A stretch of DNA of 59,030 nucleotides, filler included, from Sphacelaria rigidula (lineage: Eukaryota): the NCBI GenBank assembly GCA_964200075.2. It is 6 parts of 6 records of this genome, joined end to end, with 100 filler letters (N's around TTAATTAATTAA, not from the genome) between each part and the next. Parts side by side here need not be neighbours in the genome. Positions count along the whole stretch, not along the records: positions 1 to 9,756 come from CAXNAA020007829.1; positions 9,857 to 19,612 come from CAXNAA020007830.1; 4 more parts are not named here. One strand, written 5' to 3'. Positions within the stretch are counted from its first letter, which is position 1; every line of letters begins with the position of its first letter. The position numbers were made by a program, and so were the translations under genes. Below the pieces are notes generated by a model. That model saw only the letters and a program-made list of their open reading frames with translations, was not told the origin of the DNA and made no database searches. This document shows positions 1-12,883 of the stretch, piece by piece.

Positions 1-58
1 AATGAACAAAGCCACTCTCAATCGTATCATCTACTCTCAATCTCACGAAAACACTGTT
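1..58. mobile_element. Right end of MITE family A (truncated by contig start)
   Basis: CTACTCTCAATCTCACGAAAACACTGTT at 31-58 matches the right TIR of the copy at 18597-18897. Confidence 0.7.
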
Positions 59-162
59 ACCTGCAAATAGGTCGCGCCCATTTGCTACTGTTTGTACGGG
101 GGCGTCGCCCCCTTGTCAGTTACGTTTTGGAGCATATTACCAGATAGAAGATCACCATTCCT

Positions 163-500
163 TGTACATGAGCACCAAACGCTGGGGGTTCTCACTCAAG
201 ACTTCGATATGGAGGATCATACTACGTAGTAGCGGCAACTGCTGTGTGTCCAGGTGCCCCTTGGAGCAGGAGCCTTTTGGTGTCCGTTTGACGAAGTTAT
301 TCCCAAAAATCCGAAATCGATAAGGGTTTAAGACTAAAAAAATCTAGCAAGAAAAATATCGCAAGAACTACGACGCAAGAACCACGACGCAAACAAAATA
401 TCGCAAGAACCAAGACGCAATAACCACGACGCAAAAAACATCTTGGTCGAATTTTTACCCGCAGCAGAAACCAATTTCACTTTGTGAAATTGGAACTGCA
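163..500 (+). repeat. Dispersed repeat, copy 1, with internal (GCAAGAAnnnnnnnC)-like array
   Basis: Colinear with 1598-1955 (shared GCACCAAACGCTG, GCGGCAACTGCTGTGTGTCCAGGTGCCCC, CCGAAATCGATA, GTCGAATTTTTA). Confidence 0.8.
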
Positions 501-1597
501 TGCTGTCTGTGTGTACCGAGGGGTGATACGTGGTGTACCACCCCTCGCTCCGCCACATCTTGTACAGCGGTCGATGTTGCAGCTGGGTGTGCATTTGACC
601 TAGGTGGCGCACGCAGGAGTAAAAGGCCACCTCTGCCGCTATAATGCTTGCCTGTATCTTTGGCGGAGCTGTATGATAACACAGCCGATATGGCGCGGAA
701 GCCGGCTGTAACATTTCATACCGTTGAAATTTTCAAGTTGTCTCAAAATGATACTGCGCGCAGTTCGCACTTTGAGTATTTCCAACCGCTGCAGCACCCA
801 ATATCTTCTATATTATGCACAGTACATTTTTAAATTGTTTACTGACTGTTGAAAGTAGGAAGATGTTATCGAGGGTGTATTGTAATACATTTCCATATAT
901 ATTAGGCGGGGAGATCGTGAAATAATCCAAAGCACATGGCCGAAGTGGAAGTGAGGCAATCACCGAAATATTCACGTGCAAAGCGTGTGATGAGAAAGTC
1001 TGAGTTGATAAGGCTAGGAGAATACCAGTGCAACGCCCACTCCGGCTGCCAGCCTGTTTGCACGGCCATCCCGGTAGCGGTGGGACTGTCTGTACCGGGG
1101 TGTTGCCCTGAGTACCAGGTACGCCGGCAAGGGCCCGTCGCGTAACCCACTGGTCGCGCGACAGGAGCTTAACCTCCGACTTTCGACCGTTTTGGAGCGG
1201 AAACGTTCACCTCCCAACCCCGATATATATAGCGGACCATGAACGATGCTTGTTTGCTGGGTTTCTTCGAGCGTTCATCCATAACTGGGCGAAATTGATG
1301 ATGAGGCCAGCAGCATCCGTTGCAGTCAGGGGGCTAAACTGTCAACTGTACCCACTATAATCGTCATCAGACAACAGGGTGGTAAAAAAAAAAAGTCCGA
1401 CGCACGGTAGATATCCACAGTTTCGATACAGCCCGGGCCATCCGCTACATCTCCTGCTGTAGCTGTGACTGTGACAACTTCCTCTGATACTGACCTACAC
1501 ATTCTCCAAGTTTAGGCCTCATCTGACGCGAGGTGCAGATTCTCTCTACGACTAAGCTGCCAAAACATCGCCTCCATAATATGGAAAAGGAATAACT

Positions 1598-1955
1598 GTG
1601 TACATGGCACCAAACGCTGAGGGTTCTCACTCAACACTTCGATTTGGAGAATCATACTAGGTAGAGAGCGGCAACTGCTGTGTGTCCAGGTGCCCCTCGG
1701 AGCAGGATGGGTTTGGTGTCTGCTTGACGAAGTTATCCTCAAAAAGCCGAAATCGATAGGGGTTTTAGAGTGGAAAAATCTAGCAAAGAAAACCATCGCA
1801 AGAATCCGATCGCAAGAATCAGGTCGCAAGAACCAAAAAAACTGTCGCAAGGACCCGATCGCAAGAATCTTGACGCAAAAACGGAGTCGCAAAAAAACAA
1901 TAAGTCGAATTTTTAACCGCAGCGAAAACCAACTTCACGTCGTGAAATTGAGATG
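1598..1955 (+). repeat. Dispersed repeat, copy 2
   Basis: Direct, diverged copy of 163-500 including the GCAAGAA array. Confidence 0.8.
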
Positions 1956-3602
1956 TTCAATCGGCAACAACATTTTTCTTCGAAATACTGACCGGGATGG
2001 ATGCAACACCCACCCCAGTCAATCGATAGAGACAAACTGTAAGCATGACCGCGTTGCTTGACCATGGCGTTGTGCTGTGCACACTGCACTATGCTGCTGC
2101 TGTTCACGGCATGTTCGTGAGATCAGGAACGAATAATGTTTTCGGAACGAGTCCGAAATCCATTTGGGGGATATGGCCGCCGATCAATTCCATGCAGGCA
2201 ACATAGAAGAGACGTTTTTCTTTGTCGAAAACTTGCGAACAGAAGAGGGAGAGACGATTTTCTTCCGACGGCGATTGGGATTAGCGGCGATGCCATACCA
2301 AAAGAGAGACAGAGAGACGGTGACTTTGTCTCTCTTTGTATCCTACTCTAGAGGCCTCTGTGTGCCGTCATTAGTCAGCATTGGGGCGTGGGGCACAAGG
2401 GGCAAGCTGCCAGCAAAACATGTCTTGTACAACCGCAGATAGATGTCCCCCAAACCATAGGCCCCCCCATCCAACATGCACAAACACCTCCAGAAGTCGG
2501 AACTTCATATAGATTCTACTGTGCAATGAGGATCCCACCACAGTGAGGTCAAAACAATTTTTTGTCTCGAGTCTGATCCTCTATAGCAATTATTAGTGTA
2601 GCGCGGTCGCGCCGGGCTGGCAACCAACCGCACTGTATGCATGTACGAGACACTATTTAAGGGTTGCGGGAGGAGGCATACCCGCCTTTGCTTCCATTCG
2701 GCAAAAAATGACGAGATATCAGTCATTCGGTGTCTATTGTGGCGTGCAATAACACGCGGAAACACGTCAGCTTTCTCCGCCTGGTATGTCGGCCATTTAA
2801 CTATCCGGGGATGAAACACATGCAATCGAGGATAGTGATTTCAATGCAGCAGGATACATATTCCATTTTGATTTGACCTGAGATGGTACAAAAAGCGAAG
2901 ACACACGGGACCACTTCCTTCACGCTTTCGATCAACACATTTTTCATGATTGCCTCCACCTCGAAAGAGTGTATCAACACGACCGATACATGGTAATAAG
3001 TACGTGAGAAAAAAGCAGCACAGAAATATAGAGCATAAACTAAACACGGAGAAAAAGAAACCCAAAACCATCCTCAAGTACGATTTTCTCGTCACATTAT
3101 CAGAATCAATTTGTGTTCAGAATGAGGTATAACAAATACAACAAAAAACACGCACACGCACACGCACACAGAACAAACACACTAAAGTCGAGGAAAAATA
3201 GCATCAAAGACCGAGCTGGTACGTGCAGTGTTTAATAATGTTCTCGCTCGTGTCTCTATATCGATGAAAAGAAAGGGTGTGATAACCGACCTCTTCTTTT
3301 CCTCTATTGCTCTACCTTTTTCAAGCCTTTTTCCTCATCATGTGGAAGAAGCCCATCGTCAGACATTTCTACCCTACAGGACGAAAACAATTTCCAGTCG
3401 TCGAAGAAATAAATTCCATCACGAAAATTGCCCCGCCGGACCAACCGCCGTCCCTACCCGAAGTCGAACAGTGATACGTGGTATCGACCCTCCCCTCGTC
3501 TTTTCGCCTACGGATAGCCAGCCTCCCCAAACCAAAGTCAACTACGAACTTGAAGGCGAATCGCGCGAGATCACCGCTTCTATCTGGCGAAAACATATCC
3601 TC

Positions 3603-3783
3603 CACTCTCACGCAAATCGCCGAACACATCATGGCGCTTCGCGCTTGGTGACTGATCGCGAACCTGGTCCGGCGAAAACCCGGAGTGCTCCGTCCCGGCT
3701 TTGTAGGGATGCGAGGTCAACGGTCTTATGACTACGGCATGCAGCATCATGAGTACATCCCGCCCCCCTCCCGCTAAAAGCAC
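3603..3783 (+). repeat. ~180-nt repeat; the inverted copy is split into 7555-7623 and 8841-8950
   Basis: TCGCCGAACA..GGCGCTTCGCGCTTGGTGA..CCGTCCCGGCTTTGTAGGGATG matches the reverse complement of 8845-8945. TACGGCATGCA..CATGAGTACA matches the reverse complement of 7575-7620. Confidence 0.75.
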
Positions 3784-6331
3784 AACAGAATTAATCAATT
3801 GTATCAGCAAGTAACACACTTACTTTTGCGGAAGACGGCCACACGAGCAAAGGAGAGGTGACCCTACGGCGGTACAATATAACTGCTCCTTCATTACAGA
3901 CAAAACCATGCACGCGCCACAAGACAAAAAAATGCGCACGATAATAATCATAATAATACTGTATGTACTGCACCTTACTGTACAGCTCGTTCTCTTTTGT
4001 GTGTCGCCCGCGATCAAGACCTTTCAAGAACGAAGTCACGGGGAATATCATGATCAACGGCTGTGCCTCCCTACCCCGTCAAGTGAAACAGATTCCCAAC
4101 CTATATGGCTGACGCCGAGCGGGTCTTGTGATATTCCGTCGTGGAACAGGGTGAACTGCTACAGTAACAGTGTATTCGTCCCGTCTGCTGCTGAGTGCGG
4201 TGAGGGCCCGAACGCGAGCACTATCGCACGGTGTGCCTTGAATCTGGCTTCTATTTTCCCTTGTGTTTTTTCGTCGCCTAACAACTACAGTAGTAGTAAC
4301 GTAACTCAAAAAAGACATTTTTTTGTTCACGATGATCCACCTCTCGTGGTTGGCCACCTCCAGTACACTGAACCTGTACTAACCCTGTGCGGAGAGCCAG
4401 CGCAGCCGAGGAGACGGACACAAATCAAGGAGATCATCCAATCACCGAAACCCCCAAAAAGTCGGGCACACAAAAAAACGTTCACATGACCCTCACAAAC
4501 CGGCCGTCTGGGTCGCATGGATTCATTCGCAGCGGCACGTCATTCGACTCCTACATGAAAAAAAAAAAAGGCAAATCACGCAAAAACACTTCTGCCAATC
4601 GAACTGAAATCACGCCGCTTTTTTCTTCCCTCATTGTAAGTCTGCCGAGTAGGGCAGTGAGTGGACCGACTGGCGGCACCAGCGGGAACAAATTACGCAG
4701 CCCAAGTCTCAGCCGTGGGAAAAACCAGCCAACCAACCATAATTGAGGTAAATGACTTTTGTTTTCAGCCGTCTTTACCGCGTCGGCGACGTACGCACAT
4801 TCGCAGCGCGCCTGCGTTTTGCTCGCTCGTCCGGCAAGGGGAGTGTGTATCTTAGCCTGCTGCTGGTGCGAGATGCCGACACGCCAACAGCAACCACACC
4901 GCCCACCCAACATGGCTTCCGTCCTAGATACAATATCGTAACTGAGGGTGAGGGGCACACATGGGTGATTTTAACGCGATACGACTTCATCGGTTCGTCT
5001 CCCTCAAGTGGATCGGCCTGTGATTCTTGCTTCAACAACACGCCAGCAAAAACAAAAGAACACACCTGAAGAGACTAGGGAAGATATACTACTTCTAGTG
5101 AGAAACAGCCGGGCTGCTGGACCGTCAACAAGCAACACGAGAGACAACACACGTCGAGGTGTTTCGATAATAATGGTGTACCTCTCCACCCACCGCGTTT
5201 CGAAATGCTGACATACCGTTGGCTAGATAGGACAAGGAAAAATGAAAAAAAATAAGAAAAAAGGCCCGAAAACGGAACGTCAGCCACAGCGCCCGACAAG
5301 AATAAATGATGACCGCGTCATTCTCACCCAGGTGGACGACAGACAAATCAAGTATCGATACAACAGGAAAACACGCGCTTTCTTATTTCCCTCCAAATGT
5401 CGCGATAAGCCTACTTGAATAACAGACGTAGCAAAAGATACATTGAGATCACTCATGCGAGTCACACCATGATATACGAGATTGAAAACGAAACGAGAGA
5501 GAATCAACAACGAACAGCAACGAAGACGTGACGACGGACGTGCTCAGAGGAGCAACGAGCAACTTGAAAAAAAATGCAAGTTTGCCAGATCATTGTGTTG
5601 TACCATATCGTGTGTAATCGCAAGTACAGTACCCCTCCCAACCACCCTCACACCGCAAGTCCACCCATGCGTTTGTGTATGCGCTACATGGAACCCTCGT
5701 CCATGTTCGGTGCGGATCAAACCAGGAATCACCCTTGCTGCTAGCCGTGAGGGGAAAGGGGGTTGCATAACACGGTTCTAAAATTTGAAGGAAAACAACA
5801 ACAAAAAAACGCCATAATATCCCGACCACACGCGGCTGTATGAAAACGGGGTGGACAGACTGTGCCCCAATGCAGAGGCAGAATGCAGCTAGTACATGAC
5901 ACGCACCATGATTGCTCACCAATTATTTCCGTCTGTCTGTCCCGTCTGTATCTCTGTCCGTCCGTGTCTTGCCTGCCCCTCTCAATGCAGAAACCGCGGA
6001 AGGGTCTTCGGCGCCATGCAAAACACCGTAGGGAAGGATGCTTTCTCGGAACAAAACAAGACCAAACGGGACACATACACAACACCTGCCCCCCTTCACT
6101 TATCTACGCCCATCCATCACAACAAACCAACCAACGAACTGATCAACGAACAAAAAACTAAAAAAAAAACGTCACGACGAATCAAATCTGAAGAACCCTC
6201 CAATATAACAACGAACGCACATGAAGGAAAGAGAGAAACACGGTGCGAGATGAAACGAGCTCTCCTGCTTTCCGCCCCAACACTCGCATTCGCTAGCATG
6301 CCCTCCTCCTAGGTACCCCGAATATTCGGAT

Positions 6332-6368
<37 letters not shown>

Positions 6369-6477
6369 NNNNNNNNNNCCCGTATCTGGCATCACTCCCC
6401 CCTCCAACGTTCCCCCAACATGCGTGCGGCCCCCCCCCCCCCCCCCTTCCCCTTCCCCATGTAGATTGCCACATTCA

Positions 6478-6591
6478 CTATAGGAAATAGGCGAGTAAAT
6501 CGCTGACTGAGATTATCCCCTTGCATCGCGACTCTTGATCCACGCAAACGATCCGCTTGAAACGATAGTCAGCAAACTTTTCAAACACCGT
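6478..6591 (-). CDS. Terminal exon of a CBS-domain protein, AMPK gamma/SNF4-like (upstream exons not found)
   Basis: After a TAG acceptor it reads TVFEKFADYRFKRIVCVDQESRCKGIISVSDLLAYFL-stop. This matches the last CBS repeat of AMPK-gamma (R.V.VD.....GIIS.SD), which sits at the extreme C-terminus. Confidence 0.7.
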   Translation of the reverse strand, partial: TVFEKFADYRFKRIVCVDQESRCKGIISVSDLLAYFL

Positions 6592-7623
6592 CTATTTGGG
6601 CGAGCGACACGACACGACACGACGAGCACGTGGGACGAGGGACGAGGTGGCCAGAAGCGGGGCAGGAGAGTGACAAAAGGTATCGTTTTTTTGGTTCTTT
6701 GGTTGTCGCACAAATAATTGATTCCCCAGGAATCCAACCGTGGTCCGCAAAGTGGACGTATCCAAGCTTGGAAAAAAAAAAAACGGAAGCGCTCGCTCAA
6801 GGAAAGTCGAGAAACGGAGGAAAATGACATTAGCGAGAGAAGGAACCGAAAAAGCCGGAAAAAGAGGAAAAGAGCGACGACAACAACACAAAACAAGACA
6901 CCAACAGAAGAGTGAAAAAAAAAATGAAGGAGGAAGACAGATACCAATTTTAAACTCGCACTTGTGTAGCATGGACTGGTTCACCACAGGTGCACAATAC
7001 GGAGTAGCATTCGAAAATGACGAAATGGACACATGTTAATGGACACATGCTGATCTAAATATATGTAACATGTGCACACCAAGGCTCACGAAATTCGAGT
7101 TTAGCCGTCTTGGGAATTATGTCAGGATGTTTTGGAAATGGAATGCAACGGGATATGCTCGAGACCGGTGAAGAGGTAGGTCGATGGATGCCCCAGAAAC
7201 AGTGACGACGAAGATAATGATACTAGAAGTACTTCGTATTGGCAAAACGAGATCCACCGCTTTCACGTATTATTTGGTTCTAACGAGTAAGGATACCTCA
7301 CCTCGATACCACGTTGAAAACTACTCACGAAAATGTCTCATTTCTCGAAAAAAACACCACCACACTTGTGTAAATACATTCATTACTTTATCTAAGCGCC
7401 CCGTATTCAAGTTATTTCTCGATATGAACATAAGTTCAACATATTCAGCAAGTCTCAAGGAAGCCAACAGTCGGATAAAAGAAAAAAACAGTAGCGTTTA
7501 TGAAATTTTCGCGAAGATGGAAGCCATTCTCTGCGAAAATGTAATCGCCAGGGAGTGCTACTCAACGGGTGGGGTGGGTGGGGTGTACTCATGCTCTTGC
7601 ATGCCGTATTCGTTAGACCACTA

Positions 7624-8838
7624 CAGGCTGGGCCAGCCTACAAGCGGATTTGTACTTTGCAGGCGAATACGCAATTTTTTTCTTCGAGTTGGAGAGTGCA
7701 ATTTGGTATGGACAATCAAAACACGGCATCAAGAGAAGCTGTCTATGAGATCCCGAAGGTTTTTTTTTTCATGAGTCAAGGGCATCTTACTAAAACCTCA
7801 AAACTGATTATTGCTTTTTACTCATGGAAAAAAATAAAAAAATCTTCGGGACCTCACAGACAGCTGTTCTTCATGCCCCGTTGATTGTCCATACCAAATT
7901 TCACTGCCCAACTTCAAAAACAAATGCGAATTTAACTTTAAAAAACCGGGCCGGCGTAAATTCGGAACAATAGTTTGCAGGCCGTTTATCGGCCCACGTT
8001 CGGTGTTTGTGGGTTGAAACTTTGTGCGAGACCTCGCTAGGTCATGATCAACCAAGAAAAACGGGTGAGGTCGGCTTTTATTTCCATTTTTCACTGATTG
8101 AGGGCGTTTTAGTATGGCAACGACCATTTTTTTACAAGAACGCCCGAACCTCTAATGAAAAAAAAAAATCAAGGCTCCTTTTTCTTTTACTCAGCATACC
8201 TCTGTCGTTCTTCATGCCAAGTTTCAAATCACAATTCTAAAAATTGAGCTGAAAAAATTGAGATGAAGCCCAAGAGCAACCTTCATTTCTCGTCAAAACT
8301 CCCCTAATTACACGAAAAAAGATGAAGAAAACGAAAAAAAAAACGAAAAAGCTGTATTTTTCTATTTCATTATGCACTAGCAGTTCTCCATGCCAAATTT
8401 CATAGCACAACTCTCAAAAACTGAGACGCGATATCCAGATTTAGGTCATCTAGTGCCTTTGCTCGTAATATACTGGTTTTAGTATCGAAACTTATGTGCG
8501 CCAGATCTAGAGATAGATAACGAATTAGGTGAAGGTGAGGGTATATATCGTCTTCCCGTGCTCCAGGGAAGGTCCACACCAAAAATTGACATCATCCGCT
8601 TAATCAATCGTTCGGCGTTTCATGTAAATTTTAGTGTGGACGCTATCTCCGCTAGGTGTAGGCATTACTAGACATGGGGTTTAATCACCGAGAAAATATT
8701 GGCCCAGATTTTTGAGCAGATGGGCACCTTCCCCTTGATTAGACGATTAATACGATATGCGGATCACGGCCCAACTCGTCTGTGTTGTTGAGATGTCGCT
8801 TTGAGAGCTTAAATCCGTGTCTAGGCTGGCCCAGCTCG
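7624..8838. mobile_element. Non-autonomous Tc1/mariner-like element, 1.2 kb
   Basis: Imperfect ~28-nt TIRs (CAGGCTGGGCCAGCCTACAAGCGGATTT; reverse complement of the right end CGAGCTGGGCCAGCCTAGACACGGATTT) with TA on both sides (7622-23, 8839-40). Removing it rejoins the inverted copy of 3603-3783. Confidence 0.7.
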
Positions 8839-9690
8839 TAGACTCTCATCCCTACAAAGCCGGGACGGAACATGCCGAGTTTCGGCCGGACCAGGCTCGC
8901 CATCACCAAGCGCGAAGCGCCGTGATATGTTCGGCGAGTTGCATCAAGGGTGAGCTGCATCCTGCTAAAAATGTTCGGCCCGAAGCGTATTGATTATCTT
9001 GCATACAGATGGCAACCTCGAATAAGTTGCTTCATCTTCCGGTATCGCCACTTCCGAAGACAGCCACGGGTTACACTACCGCATGGGTGTCTCACCAATT
9101 CAAGTGCGCACTGAAGCATAAAGCTCTATCCGGTATCCATCCAACGCAAGCCCGCCTCAACCAAAGACTGCGCAAATAAAAACAGTACCTCGTTTTTCTG
9201 CCACGCGTATGTATGCGAAAAAAAAAAAAAACTCAGTAAGTCCACGTGCAGGCAACCAAACCCAAACCTGTTTCATTAAATGATTCGGTACTGTTTGTAG
9301 TGGGCCTCGGAGAACGCTCGTGTTCCTCTCTCCCCAACCAAAGAGCGCGCCTTGACATCAAAGCTCTTCAGAGACACGGATCTTCCGAGGGAAACGGCGG
9401 CAAGGTTGTTGCTCGATCGAAAGTTCCCCCCGCCGGAACGGTTCAGGATCCTTTGTTTCTTTTCAAACCTTGGAAGGCAACTCATTTCCGCACCTTCGTA
9501 TTCGCATTTACTGCTCAACTCGTACCTCGTTTACCTGCCGCAAGCCGGAGAGGTGTGCCGCCCCCTCCGGTGCATCCAGCCACGTCGTGGCTCACGTACG
9601 TCTTGACTGTTCCCTCTATTCTTTTTTGTGGGGGGAGGAGGATATAGGACACATATTTCTCCCCGTGCGCCTCAAATCCACGCAAATACA

Positions 9691-9756
9691 CTTCCTCTGT
9701 CCCATAAGTGAAGTCCGTTATGTTTATACGAGCCCTTAACGGTGTCCGATTTGATT
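9691..9756. mobile_element. End of Stowaway-like mariner element (same family as 38785-39322), cut by contig end
   Basis: CTTCCTCTGTCCCATAAG...GTTATGTTTATACGAGCCCTTAACG.TGTCCGATTTGATT is shared with 38785-38875. Confidence 0.7.
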
Positions 9757-9856
9757 NNNNNNNNNNNNNNNNNNNNNNNNNNNNNNNNNNNNNNNNNNNN
9801 TTAATTAATTAANNNNNNNNNNNNNNNNNNNNNNNNNNNNNNNNNNNNNNNNNNNN
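9757..9856. other. Artificial contig spacer (N44-TTAATTAATTAA-N44)
   Basis: The same 100-nt spacer recurs five times. TTAATTAATTAA places stops in all six frames. Confidence 0.98.
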
Positions 9857-12649
9857 CTGATAATCTTGCATTTGGATGACAGCCAACAATGAGTCGCTTT
9901 ACTCTGTGGTATCGCCACTTCCATCCAGATAGCTGGGGGGGGGGGGAAGTTCGATTCCACGGGAAAATGTGCGCATAGATGCGCCAAATGACCTGAAACA
10001 TTCGCCGTGGGCTTGTATTGTGTACAAGCAGTGTGAAGCAGTATGAATGAGCGTTATTTATCGGGAGCAACCGCGTTCGACTGTTGGCTGCTTTCAACGG
10101 CGATTGAAGTGGAATTCCGTGGGAGAAAACGGTCCAAAATACCCCCCCCCCCCCCTACCGTAGCATGACTCTGTTATACATATATACACAAGAGTTTCCG
10201 CGGCTTACACCGCAACGATTTGTGGGTCGACTTCGGCGAAACATGGAGACCGGAAATGGCTATGTGCGTTGCGTAAATGACTAATGCCAAGATACCCCCC
10301 CCACAAAAAGTGCACCGGAGACCGTCCGACAAACCGGCTGCGATCGCACTATTGGGCTCGTTTGCAGCAATTTCGCCCACATGAGAGGCGTGTAGCACTT
10401 CGGAATCAGCTATGACGCCGAAATGAATCGCGTCGTGCAGCACGAAACCAGCTCTGACGGCATTCATGATCATCGCCTCCGTGCCCTTTCTTGGCCGGAT
10501 CGGGGGGGGGGCTATCTCGGTAGCAGTCAAATGGGGAAGGTCGGTGCTGCTCATCAGCTGAGCACGTTGTGCATGACCTTTGGACAACTCTGCTCAGAAT
10601 GCAATGATGAACGATCCGAAAAATGATGCCGATTCGATTTTGAGATCATGGCGACTCAAATTTGAAGAGATAGAGAAAGAGAGTAAAGCTGATGTACTCA
10701 GGGATCCATGATGAAAAAATTCGCATGTTCGGCAGAGTAGCAGTAGCGACTGCTGCAGCTGCAGTACAGAGACAACATAGAAGACAGTACAGGTAAGACG
10801 ATGGGACATGCGTGCGGGATCAATATAAGCTCGAGGTGTGCCTGCCCTGCCTTGAGAGTTCAGTGGAGAACAACGGCACAGTGGCCGTTCCATACGGTTC
10901 CGATGCTCAACTAAACACAATGCCGATTCAAGTTTCCAGTGAACAGGATTTCAATTCCACGAATGAATGTGGCCTGTGTGCGGTCGAGAGAGAGAAGATA
11001 CATCCGATGGCCGAAGGGTCCACATAGACGTCGAGACAGGACACGTACTGTATCAAACGGAACGCATCGCAGCGTCATAACGCTTTGCAGAACACAGCAC
11101 GGAAAGCAAATGTGCGTCGATCCAAGCAAAACAGGAAAACACCCTAATATCTAGAGAAATTCAAGCGGAATGTCTCCTGAGAGGTTTCGGCGAAAAAAAC
11201 GTACTCAAAAATCAAGTAAATGCGCGCTTCTGGGAGCTGAGAAACGAGGTGACACCTGCCTGCGCAGAGATATTTCTGCGATTTTGATGAATCATCATGG
11301 TGTTACAGTGTTGTTACAAGGTTTTTGGTGCTTCGCGCCACCGTCCAATCGAGCGATTTCAAGGCAAATGATCATGTCGAGTGTTCGGCGCTGATATGAT
11401 TTGGGGATAGTTACAGATGAGAGAAAAAAAGGGGAGAATGAGCCCTTGTGTGCAGGCCGGCGATCGCATGGCCGACTTCACCGATGGGGTTAGTTGTTGA
11501 TCAAGGTAAAACTGCTTATTGATCAAGATCAAACTGTACAGAAAAAGACTCATAATTATTCCTCAAACACCGTCGATGAGAACAATCCACGGACGATAAA
11601 GAACGCAGCTGCTCAGAACTAATCAGTCTTGGTCAAAACTCGCCAAGGTGCGAACACCTCACGGAAGACGCTGATTTCGTATTGATTCATATGCAAAAAA
11701 CATGAAATAAACAAGCATGGAGTGCACTGAAGACACCATAGCCTAGGTGATATAGGCTGAAATGATGCACTGTAGAACTCCCAGACCACCGCATTCCGAG
11801 GGGATCATTCATGCAGTCAAGCGGCTTGTAAGCAATCGATGCACCTAGGATCATTTCCGAGGTACTCCAGGCCAAAGTCTCGTCGGTCCATTTTTTATTT
11901 AAATCGAGACAAACAGCATACTCGGGTTGTAAATTCGGTTGACACGCTGAACCCGAGGTGCCCTTTGCGATTTTGACCCTCATTTTACTGGAAGCTTACC
12001 ATGTTACCTTCCAGATTTCCAATTCGAGGTATTCAAGACGGGCCATCAAAAATCAATCTGAAAATTGTACCTACGCTGTTGAGTTAGTGGAGGTGGAAAG
12101 AACTTGCGGTCGAACCGGGTAAAGTCCCGCTTCGTAAGCGCCAAACGAAGTTTCAGCACTTGGACCGGCGGGTCCTGACCAATGCGTTTGAGTTTAGACC
12201 AATTTGTGGGTTAATATTGCCAGTCTTTTGTTTCGATTGATTCAGTACATTCAAGACTTCACCATAAGTCGAAAATGTAGTGCATGCACTTACGACTACG
12301 TCGAAAACATCTTCGATGCATTAGCGATGTCTCAGGGTGATACCCACGTTTTCGTCCGGTCACAACCGAACTGATTCTCCCAGGGATTGTCGGGAGGGTG
12401 TCGATGTCTTCAGATACCTACCATGCGTTCAGGAGAACCATCATGTAGTCCGTCCGTAAATGGCTAATGCGTCACTAACACCGCCTAGGATGATTGTATC
12501 TGAAGAGGATATATGCTCATATCATGGTCAGGCAGGAAGGGTTATCTCAACTCAGCAAGTACGATCTACACCGTCTACTGTAGTGACCGCTCACTGTTCA
12601 GGGGCATCGTCATTCGCATTCAACGGGTCCTGACAGTAGATTATGCTTC

Positions 12650-12705
12650 GAGCAGGTACTTAGGGAGGGGATGGAACAATATCTCCGCCGTGGTGTCAGC
12701 AGAAT

Positions 12706-12740
<35 letters not shown>

Positions 12741-12830
12741 GCTGTCGGGGGGAGAAGTGCGTATTGAGCCCTGGAGACAGACCAGGAACTCGTCCCGAAG
12801 AAGGGGAGGCGTCAGAGGTGAGAACAAAAA
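12650..12830 (+). mobile_element. 3' part of SINE family 1, interrupted by a (GTT)n microsatellite at 12707-12740
   Basis: CTCGTCCCGAAGAAGGGGAGGCGTCAGAGGTGAGAACAAAAAA matches the 3' end and A-tail of the copy at 15141-15439 (opposite strand). Confidence 0.5.
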
Positions 12831-12883
12831 ATTGAGAAAGGAATATTCCGGTAGCACTAGGGTACCGATGAAGTGCCTCGCAC

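Noticed and set aside
2163-2454. 12-nt inverted repeat pair suggesting a MITE
   Set aside because: Too short, no TSD and no second copy in the window.
3645-3700. Hammerhead-ribozyme-like arrangement (CTGAT..GAAA..hairpin..GTC)
   Set aside because: The CUGANGA core is absent in both copies (CTGATCG, GTGATGG), and stems I and III do not close properly.
3500-5760. Possible small minus-strand exons (e.g. FTLFHDGISQDPLGVSHI, GHLSFARVAVFRK)
   Set aside because: They could not be joined in consistent phase and no family was recognised; this may be a long 3' UTR.
6333-6450. Poly-C / poly-Gly ORF
   Set aside because: Homopolymer next to a 10-N gap; low-quality sequence.
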